NCBI GenBank assembly: GCA_963668565.2
Contig: CAXXMX010000003.1
Coordinates: forward strand, 8,932-72,931
Length of the DNA stretch: 64,000 nucleotides
From: Acidimicrobiales bacterium
Lineage (GTDB): Bacteria; Actinomycetota; Acidimicrobiia; Acidimicrobiales; CATQHL01
Direction of reading: 5' to 3'
The notes below the pieces were generated by a model. The model made no database searches and was not told the origin of the DNA. It saw nothing but the letters and a program-made list of their open reading frames with translations. The position numbers and the translations under genes were made by a program. Positions 51,474 through 58,881 of this stretch are shown here, in pieces. Positions within the stretch are counted from its first letter, which is position 1, and each line of letters starts with the position of its first letter.

Positions 51474-52700
51474 TCAAGCGGCTTGTTGGGTGAGCCAGGT
51501 GTGGTAGTGGGTGGCGAGGGTGTGGTTGTGGTGGGTGCCTCGTTCGAGGGCGCTGAGGCGGCTGGTGGGCGTGTTGAGGGTTGCGGCGGCTGCGGTGAGG
51601 GCGATGTTGGCGTTGAGGCGCCGGTGGCGGAGGTCGGCTCCGTGGGGGACCGGTGGCGGGTTGGTGAGGAGCCGGTGGATCTCGCGGGCGATGTGGCGTT
51701 TGAGGCAGCGGATGGTGTCGCGGGTGGTTTTGCCTTCGCTGCGGCGTCGGGCGGCGTAGGCCTGGGTGCGTTCGTCGCAGCGCAAGCGGACCATGGCGAT
51801 GCGCCAGAGGGCTTGGTTGGCGTGGCGGTTTCCGCCGCGGTTGAGTCGGTGGCGGGTGGTTTGGCCGCTGGAGGCGGGGAGGGGGCTGGCGCCGCAGAGG
51901 GCGGCGAAGGATGCGTCGCTGTGGAGGCGGTGGGGGTTGTCGCCGGCGGCGATGAGCAGTGCGGCGGCGGTGTCGGGTCCGACGCCGTGGGCGGCGAGCA
52001 GGGCGGGGTTAGCCGCGGCGCACAGGGCGCGGAGTTCGCCGTCGAGGGCGGCGATCTCGGCGCTGAGCGCCTGGTGGCGCCTGGCGAGGCTGCGCAGCGC
52101 CCGTTTGGCGGCGCCGATGAGCGCGTCGGTGGTGGAGTTGGGGCGCAGGCGGGCGCAGGAGTCGATGAGGGCGCCGCCGCGCAGACCTCCGAGCTGGTCT
52201 TTGAGCGTCTCGGGGGCGGTGACGAGCAGGCCGTGGATCTGGTTGTGCGCCTGAGTGCGGGCCTTGAGCGCCGAGCGCCGCGCGACGGTGAGCATGCGGA
52301 TCGCCTCGACGGGGCCGTTGTGGGCTTTGGGGACGGCGGTGGCGTGCCCGGCGAGGGCGCCGCGCGCCGCGGCTTCGGCGTCGACGGTGTCGGACTTGCC
52401 GGCGCGGCGGCGCATTTGGCGGTTGGGACGATTCACCTCCACCACCTCGACGCTCGCCGCGGCGAGGTGGCGCGCCAAGCCGGCGCCGTAGCTGCCGGTG
52501 CCTTCGACGCCGACACGGCGCACGGGACCCCACGTGGCCAACCAGGCGGCCAGCTCGCCGTAACCGGCGGCGTTCGCCGCGAACGACGCCGTCGCCAACA
52601 GCGCCCCGGTGGCATCAACAGCGGCGGCGACATGGACATCACGATGGGTGTCGACCCCGCCGACGATCTCAGAACCACTACAGGTGTGCTTCTCGGACAT
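51474..52700 (-). CDS. IS110 recombinase A with C-terminal HTH-like extension
   Basis: GVDTH, VEGTGSYG, KSDTVDA (DEDD); ASSG..RHRLNRGGNR; AGGAGG RBS. Confidence 0.95.
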   Translation of the reverse strand: MSEKHTCSGSEIVGGVDTHRDVHVAAAVDATGALLATASFAANAAGYGELAAWLATWGPVRRVGVEGTGSYGAGLARHLAAASVEVVEVNRPNRQMRRRAGKSDTVDAEAAARGALAGHATAVPKAHNGPVEAIRMLTVARRSALKARTQAHNQIHGLLVTAPETLKDQLGGLRGGALIDSCARLRPNSTTDALIGAAKRALRSLARRHQALSAEIAALDGELRALCAAANPALLAAHGVGPDTAAALLIAAGDNPHRLHSDASFAALCGASPLPASSGQTTRHRLNRGGNRHANQALWRIAMVRLRCDERTQAYAARRRSEGKTTRDTIRCLKRHIAREIHRLLTNPPPVPHGADLRHRRLNANIALTAAAATLNTPTSRLSALERGTHHNHTLATHYHTWLTQQAA

Positions 52701-52809
52701 AATGGTGCGGCCCTCCTTGGACAACCAACCGATACAGGGCACCACCGGCCGCGACGGCGGACAGGACACTCACGGTGCTGGACTCAAGGCTCCTGACTTG
52801 TTGGAATGG

Positions 52810-53000
52810 GGCCAGCACCCCGGTCCCGACGGGGACGTAGGGTGCGAGGTCGGTGACCGGTTGGGCTCTCACGCTCCTTGCCCACTTCGGTGTGGCTCTC
52901 TCATAGCGTGTCCGGCCGGTCGCCGCCCGCTGCGGCGTGGCTCAATAGAGGCGTGATCGTTTCCTGAATTCAGGTTGCCCGCCGTGGAACCCATTGTTCG
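52810..53000 (+). ncRNA. Predicted bridge RNA of IS110-B
   Basis: Stem 52855-52864/52912-52921 encloses GCTCCT and ATAG (target match); stem 52930-52941/52977-52987 encloses ATAGAGGCG and TCAG (donor match); ends approximate. Confidence 0.7.
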
Positions 53001-53020
53001 GCAACCACGAGGAGCGACAA

Positions 53021-54062
53021 ATGACGATCGTTATCGGTATCGACCCGCACAAGGCTTCCCACACGGCGACCGCGATCGGTCCCGGGTCCGTCGAGGCCGC
53101 CACGATCAGGCTGCGAGCGGCCCGCTCGACACCGCAGGAGTTGTTGAGCTGGGCGGCCCGGTGGCCCGAGCGTCGCTGGGCGATTGAAGGCGCCCGCGGC
53201 CTGGGCCAGTTGCTGGCCCAGCAACTCGTCGCCGCCGGCGAGCATGTTGTCGATGTGCCCGCCTCGCTGTCGGCGCGGGTGCGGACCCTCGACACGGGCC
53301 ACGGCCGCAAGACCGACCGCATCGACGCCGCCGCGGTCGCGCTCGTCGCCACACAGCGCCCCGATCTGCCCCGCGTCGCCGCGGACGATCACCACTGCGT
53401 GCTGCGGCTGTTGTCGGATCGGCGCGACGAGCTGACCAGGGAACGGCGCCGCACGATCAACCGGCTGCACCGACACCTGCGCGACCTGATCGCCGGCGGC
53501 GCGCCAACCCAGCTCAGCGCCAAGACCGCCGCAGGACTACTCGCCAAAGTCCGCCCCCGAGACGGCGTCGAAGCCGAACGCAAGCAGATAGCCCGAAACC
53601 TCCTCGCCGACGTGCGGCGCCTCGACGGCGCCCTCGCGGAGAACCGGCGCCGCTGCGTAGCCGCCGTCGCCGCCAGCGGCACCACCCTGACCCACCTCGC
53701 CGGGATCAGCGACGTGCTCGCCGCCAAAAATCTCCGGCCACATCGGCGACATCGGCCGGTTCCCCAGCGCCGACCACCTCGCCAGCTACGCGGGCACCGC
53801 GCCCATCGAAGCCAGCAGCGGCGACGTCATCCGTCACCGACTGTCCCGACGCGGCAACCGCCAACTCAACAACGCCATCTACCTCGCCGCCCACACCCAG
53901 ACCATCCGCCCCGGCCCCGGCCGCGACTACTACCAACGCCGACGCGACGCCGGCAACAGCCGCAACGAAGCCCTCCGAGCGCTCAAACGACAACTCACCA
54001 AAACCATCTACCGCACCCTCACCGCCGACGCCGCCCGCGCCCACCACAACGCCGCGACTTGA
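53021..54062 (+). pseudogene. IS110 recombinase B with a +1 frameshift
   Basis: GIDPHK, IEG, KTDRIDA; shift at A5 run 53726-53730; other frame continues GTAPIEASSG...RGNRQLN to TGA 54062. Confidence 0.88.
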
Positions 54063-54074
54063 CATAGAGGCGCT

Positions 54075-54207
54075 ATCAGGTCACGTCCGTCCGACCGGTC
54101 GGTGCGCGTCCCCGACCAGCAACGGGCCGACAGATCGGACGAGAGGCACCACGGCCAGCATTCCAGCGAGTCAGACCCACCACCAACCGGGGACCCACAC
54201 AGTATGA
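54075..54207 (-). ncRNA. Displaced 5' half of the IS110-A non-coding end (putative bridge RNA)
   Basis: Joins 52701-52794 across the CT core to give gtgacctgATAGGAGCcttgag; ATAGGAGC equals the IS110-A right-end sequence. Confidence 0.6.
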
Positions 54208-54209
54208 AT

Positions 54210-54236
54210 GTCATTCCGGCGAAGGCCGGAATCCAG
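54210..54236. repeat. REP-like palindrome abutting IS110-A
   Basis: gtcattccggcgaaggccggaatccag. Confidence 0.8.
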
Positions 54237-54292
54237 AATCAAGCGCTCCCACCGGCGCCTGCCATCGGCTGCTCAGCACACTCCCAGGCCCG

Positions 54293-55471
54293 CTAGACCC
54301 AGATGTGCATGGGGTAGCCGGTTTCGTCGTGCTCGCCGGCGCCCAGGCAGTCGGCCTCGCCGGCGACGATGCGCCGGGCGGTCCAGGCGGCGGCCGCCGC
54401 ATCCAGAAGGTCGTCGAGACCCGGTCTCGGCGGCCCTGGCGGAGGCGCAGAGACGGCCACCTCCGCGATGTTCGGGAACGCCTCGCCGAGTACGTCCAGC
54501 CGCTCCTGCTCGCCTGCCGGTTTGCGCTTGGAGACCGACATTGGCTCGCCGGCCAGGCGCACGAAGCTGCTCTCCGGATGCACCTCGACTGCTCGGGGCC
54601 GGGCGTCCGGAGCGAAGTCGTCGGGCTCCAGCGCTTCCCGCAGTTCGCGGATCTTGGGCACCAGGTTGAAGGCCTGCGCCGAGATGCCCCGGCCTGTCTC
54701 GTCCCACGACCGCCGGTTGGCTTCGGCATGTCCAGCGGCATCCACGACGCACAGCGGTGGTGTCCAGAACAGCGACGACCGCCGCGCCCCGAGCAGCCGG
54801 TGTGCCTCGAGGTCCGCCTCACGCCTCTCCGCTCCCGGCAATCCGGCGGGCATGTCGACCGCCACCACGAGCAACCGCCGCGCCCGTGCCACCGACCACA
54901 GGTCTCCGAGCGTGGGCCGCACCAGGAACTCCACCGGCGACCCGCCGGCAACACCGGTGACGGCCATGACCCAGCCACCTGACACGCCGTCCACGCCGCC
55001 CACGAGCGCCGGACCGGCAGTGGGCCGGGCGGGCGCTCTCCCCGACGGCGTCGGGGCTTGTCCCCAGGGGCTTGTCACGGCGACGTCAAGCCCGTCGAAG
55101 TCACGCACGTTGCGCGTTGCGACCGTCAGGTCGTGCGCCTTGGCGGTTCCGGCAATGAATGCATCACCGGCGTGGGGCACGTGGCCAGCCAGCCGCGCCT
55201 GAGCCCTCAGTCGCGCCGCCCACTCGGCCTCTCGACGCCCCAGCGGCAGGATGCGGTCGCCGAATTCCGACGTGAACTCCTCAAGTGTGCGTCGCAGGCC
55301 GTCACGACGGTGACCGTGCGGCAGGAGTTCCAGACCGAACTCCAACTCGTGCAGGACCACCGACGACAGCCACAAGTCATCGTGTTCGGAGAGGAAGTTC
55401 AGCACCCCCACCGCCGGTGAAGCTTTCGTCAGTTCCGAGATCACGTTGGTGTCGAGGAGGTAACCGCTCAT
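54293..55471 (-). CDS. PIN/VapC domain fused to a DUF429 RNase H-like domain
   Basis: YLLDTNVISE...DAFIAGTA...TRNVRDF, then GVDGVSGGW, VDMPAGL, EVHPE, DDLLDA with no stop. Confidence 0.8.
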   Translation of the reverse strand: MSGYLLDTNVISELTKASPAVGVLNFLSEHDDLWLSSVVLHELEFGLELLPHGHRRDGLRRTLEEFTSEFGDRILPLGRREAEWAARLRAQARLAGHVPHAGDAFIAGTAKAHDLTVATRNVRDFDGLDVAVTSPWGQAPTPSGRAPARPTAGPALVGGVDGVSGGWVMAVTGVAGGSPVEFLVRPTLGDLWSVARARRLLVVAVDMPAGLPGAERREADLEAHRLLGARRSSLFWTPPLCVVDAAGHAEANRRSWDETGRGISAQAFNLVPKIRELREALEPDDFAPDARPRAVEVHPESSFVRLAGEPMSVSKRKPAGEQERLDVLGEAFPNIAEVAVSAPPPGPPRPGLDDLLDAAAAAWTARRIVAGEADCLGAGEHDETGYPMHIWV

Positions 55472-55532
55472 CGGCGCGAGTCCTGGTGCGAGTACGCCGG
55501 CATTGGCACGCCCGTCTCGAGGAGGTTGCCGC

Positions 55533-55811
55533 TCACACGGCGTCCGGATCGAACAACGGGATCCCGCGGCCGGGTTCGCGGCGATCGGGAATCTCCAGGT
55601 CGACGCCGCGCGGCATGTTCTCGACGAGCCACCGGCCCAAGGACTCCCGGGGCGAGATGTGGGACCGCCAAGCACTCTCGGGAACGACGATGAACGACTT
55701 CCTCGTGCCGATGCGTTGTGGTCCCTCCTCCTCGGCGCGGCGCAGCACTTCTGACAGGCGCGCCTTGGCCTCGGCGACCGTCCACACTCGTAAGGGCTCG
55801 GGCTCGCTCAC
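55533..55811 (-). CDS. Phd/YefM-family antitoxin
   Basis: WTVAEAKARLSEVLRRAEEEGPQRI; GAGGAG RBS. Confidence 0.85.
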   Translation of the reverse strand: MSEPEPLRVWTVAEAKARLSEVLRRAEEEGPQRIGTRKSFIVVPESAWRSHISPRESLGRWLVENMPRGVDLEIPDRREPGRGIPLFDPDAV

Positions 55812-55862
55812 TGCGACACTCCTCTTCGACGCTTCTTCGATACTACTCTTCGAAATAGTAGC

Positions 55863-55881
55863 TGGACTAGTGTGGACTAGT
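55863..55881. promoter_or_regulatory. Candidate toxin-antitoxin operator
   Basis: TGGACTAGT twice, 10 bp apart, each containing the ACTAGT palindrome. Confidence 0.5.
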
Positions 55882-56262
55882 ATTGCTTTTATTGATCGCG
55901 GGAACGCCAAGGACTCTTCTGCCATCTGCAGCAGATGCCGAAACCGCGCGCCGTCCCGCCCCAGATTCGGTCGATCTCCACCCCCGGACCGCCCCCGCAA
56001 CGCCACCGCGATCGCTCGCCGCTTCCAGCATCTCCGGGACCGTGAAGTCCGCAGCGGGCTCGATCCCGCCGGCATTCGCCCCACCCGCATCGAGATAGTT
56101 ATGACATTCTCGTGCAAACGCCTGCCAGCAAGAAACGATTATGTCATAACTATGCGGGCGACCCCGACGAGGGGGAGCGGATCCTCAACACTGACCGATC
56201 GTTCCGCCCTAAGTACCCATTTGTGGGACTACCAGGTGCCCACATATGGGCATATCGATAGG

Positions 56263-56397
56263 CAGCGCCTCCAGAGCAGGGTGGACGCCGACCGCACCGG
56301 CACACCGTCCCGCCTCGTCGTGGTCACCGCCGGCGGCTACGGCTACGAACACCCCGACGGCGTCACCATCGCCCCGATCACCGCACTCGGCCCCTGA
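56263..56397 (+). pseudogene. C-terminal fragment of an AAA/DUF4143-type ATPase
   Basis: LVVVTAGGYGYEHPDGVTIAPITALGP-stop with no upstream gene body. Confidence 0.5.
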
Positions 56398-56512
56398 GAG
56401 CCCGCCCGGCTCCGCTCGGTCAACGTCAGCGGCGACACGCAGCAGCGCCGCCCGCCCCTGCCGCCGTGGGGAATGGATCGGGATCGACCGGACCGACCCC
56501 TGCGCGCGGGAC

Positions 56513-57859
56513 TCACCTGTCGGCCTGTACGAGTTCGGCGGCCACACCGAAATTGCCGAGCGACGGAATTGGCCTCGCACCGTAGTGCCCTTCGAGGAAC
56601 CGCTTTCCGACGGACTCCTGCTTCCGTGGATCGAAATCGGTGAGTGGATAGAGCCGGGTGCTTCCATCGTTGGACTTCTGGGTGAACCAGATCTGATCTC
56701 GCCCCAAGAGCCGGGGGCTCGTGGAGTCGCCCATGAGGGTCACATCATGGGAATTGAAAACGATCTGAGCGTGCCGGGGATTCGATTCCAGATCCTGGAA
56801 GAGATCCAGGACAGCCTCCACCAGCGTTGGATGAAGGCTCGAGTCCAACTCGTCGACCAAGAGCACCGAGCCGTCGGCCAATGCCCGGAGGATGGGGCCG
56901 AGGAGTGCGAACCACACCAGTGTCCCGCGGGACTCCTCCGAATCATCGAGTTCCACTTCACCGTCAAGAGCGCTGTGGCTGAAGCGCATCCCTCTGAACG
57001 GTTCGAATTCGAGAGAGTCGCCCGATATCGGAGTGTCCTCCTCGCCGCTCAGGATGCGTGCGACGCGTCGAACACGTTCCTGCATGACGGGATCCAACTC
57101 GACCATCCGTGCAGCCGTGATGCCAAGATCTGCCGATCGCATCAGCCGGATGACCGGATCGCGGAACGTTGCATGATCAAGAAGCGCAGCCGTGAACATC
57201 GTGCGTGGCTGATGGCTCTCGGCATCCACCATCAGCAGATTCTCCGCAAACCACTTGTACAGGCGCAGCAGGGCCGGATGTTCGATCTGTGCCGCCGCCG
57301 AGAGAAAGAGTGCGTTCGGCCGGAGGATCCCAATCGCCGCCCGTCCCTTCGCCCGATGCGCGGCGCCGAGCGTGACCTCCGCGGGATCCCGATCGAACAG
57401 TCGCACGGCCCGGCCGTTGGGATACCACGACGCCGACTCCTCCAGAACCCGATCGTCGTCCAGCGAGAAGCGGTAGCAGTGGAGAACACCGTCAAGCACC
57501 AGGTCGATCTCGTAACGCGACGGTTCGGCCTTGCACCGCTCGTCCAGCCGGAACGGTGACCGCGGCACCTTGCCCCCTGGCGTCCCGTGCTTGAAGGAGT
57601 GAACGACGTGTTCGCGCATATCCACGAGTGACCGCAACAGATTCGTCTTGCCGGACGCGTTCGCACCGAAGATGCCGGCGGCACCCAGGATTGAGATCCG
57701 CTTCCCGCCCTTGCGCCACGGGATCTCACGCACGTACTGCGGCTCGGACATGGCGGTGGATTCCAGGGAGAAGCTCACGTCGCCCTTGAACGAGCGCACG
57801 TTGCGCGCTCGGAACTCCAGCAGGGCCGAGACCTGAGAATCAGATATAGGTTCTCTCAT
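56513..57859 (-). CDS. AAA_21/RloA-like ATPase
   Basis: LLEFRARNVRSF, GANASGKTN, ESRGT, VDELDSSLHP, FNSHD, RDQIWF, GHYGARP. Confidence 0.88.
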   Translation of the reverse strand: MREPISDSQVSALLEFRARNVRSFKGDVSFSLESTAMSEPQYVREIPWRKGGKRISILGAAGIFGANASGKTNLLRSLVDMREHVVHSFKHGTPGGKVPRSPFRLDERCKAEPSRYEIDLVLDGVLHCYRFSLDDDRVLEESASWYPNGRAVRLFDRDPAEVTLGAAHRAKGRAAIGILRPNALFLSAAAQIEHPALLRLYKWFAENLLMVDAESHQPRTMFTAALLDHATFRDPVIRLMRSADLGITAARMVELDPVMQERVRRVARILSGEEDTPISGDSLEFEPFRGMRFSHSALDGEVELDDSEESRGTLVWFALLGPILRALADGSVLLVDELDSSLHPTLVEAVLDLFQDLESNPRHAQIVFNSHDVTLMGDSTSPRLLGRDQIWFTQKSNDGSTRLYPLTDFDPRKQESVGKRFLEGHYGARPIPSLGNFGVAAELVQADR

Positions 57860-57929
57860 AGATCAATTATTGCGGTATCTCTGCGATAACACAACTGTTA
57901 GAGTCTTCTATCCTCGACAATGGCCTGCG

Positions 57930-58000
57930 GCACCGCCCGCCGAGGGCGGCTGGACCGGAGAAGGATCCACGGCGTTGTCATGACCGAGATCGCCGACTAA
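57930..58000 (+). pseudogene. HigB-like toxin C-terminal remnant
   Basis: LDRRRIHGVVMTEIAD-stop directly upstream of the HigA-like gene. Confidence 0.45.
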
Positions 58001-58031
58001 TACTGGGACGCCACAAGTGCCGGAGAGCCCC

Positions 58032-58307
58032 ATGATGACGACATATCCGTTCAGCCCGGACTACGCCACGCCTCCCGGCTGGACGCTCGAGGAAACACTC
58101 GAGGAACTGTCGATGAGCCAGGCCGAGTTGGCGCGCCGCACCGGATTATCGACGAAGCACATCCATCAGATCGTCCGGGGCAAGGTTCCCATCACCACCG
58201 ACGTGGCACAGCGCCTCGAGCGCGCCACCGGCGTGCCCGACCGGCTCTGGAACAACCTCGAGAGCCGCTATCGGGAGTATCGGGCCGGTCTCGTCTCCGA
58301 AGATTGA
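58032..58307 (+). CDS. HigA-family antitoxin (HTH), possibly truncated
   Basis: PDYATPPGWTLEETLEE..SQAELARRTG...WNNLE. Confidence 0.85.
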   Translation: MMTTYPFSPDYATPPGWTLEETLEELSMSQAELARRTGLSTKHIHQIVRGKVPITTDVAQRLERATGVPDRLWNNLESRYREYRAGLVSED

Positions 58308-58424
58308 GTTCCGCGTCGGGAGGGGTGGCGACACGCATCCACGCCAGCCACCCTCAGGACGTCGACGAGGGCGAGGACAGTTCTGGACGCCGTTGAGGTG
58401 CAGCGCCAGGACGTAGCAGGCACC

Positions 58425-58740
58425 GGCACCGGCGCCTCCAAGCGGCGCCGCCGCGCCCGTCGCCGCGCCACCTCGGCGCGCCGCTGCGCCGCCGCCGGCC
58501 CGTAGCGCTCACGGCCGCCCCCGGCGTTGATCTCCCGGGCCACCGTCGTGGGATGTCGACCCACCCGACGGCCGATGGCGGCCCAACCCGCCTGCAGATC
58601 CTCGACCAGCGCGCGGAAGATCTCCTCGCGTTCGTGCAACTCCAGCGGTGCGCCTGGCATGCTGGTACCTCCATCGGTTGGTGCTTGTGTTGGCACCGGT
58701 CATCATGACCGGAACCGTGCACCGACCGATGGAACTGGCC
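58425..58740 (-). pseudogene. IS30-family transposase N-terminal fragment
   Basis: LHEREEI...AIGRRVGRHPTTVAREI HTH; no DDE domain. Confidence 0.75.
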
Positions 58741-58881
58741 GACGCTATGCAAGGAGACGCCGATTCGGGTCACATATACTTGATCGACTATTGCTAGAGA
58801 GAAGTGCAGGAAAGGGTGGAATGCTACGCGCTCGTTCGACCATTGATGAGCTGCTCCCATATAACCGGTGAGGTACTGCTG

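Larger units (their letters stand above)
52795..54074 (+). mobile_element. Inner IS110 element (IS110-B)
   Basis: CT core at 52793-52794 and 54073-54074; removal restores aaggctcCTatcaggtc. Confidence 0.85.
51462..54210 (-). mobile_element. Outer IS110 element (IS110-A), interrupted by IS110-B
   Basis: ATG on both flanks (51459-51461, 54208-54210); joined ends give TTGACA-N16-TACTGT. Confidence 0.7.

Noticed and set aside
52945-54072. ATAGAGGCG direct repeat as a 9-bp target-site duplication of IS110-B
   Set aside because: IS110 elements do not make such duplications. The left copy lies inside a stem-loop within the element, and the CT boundaries restore the host sequence.
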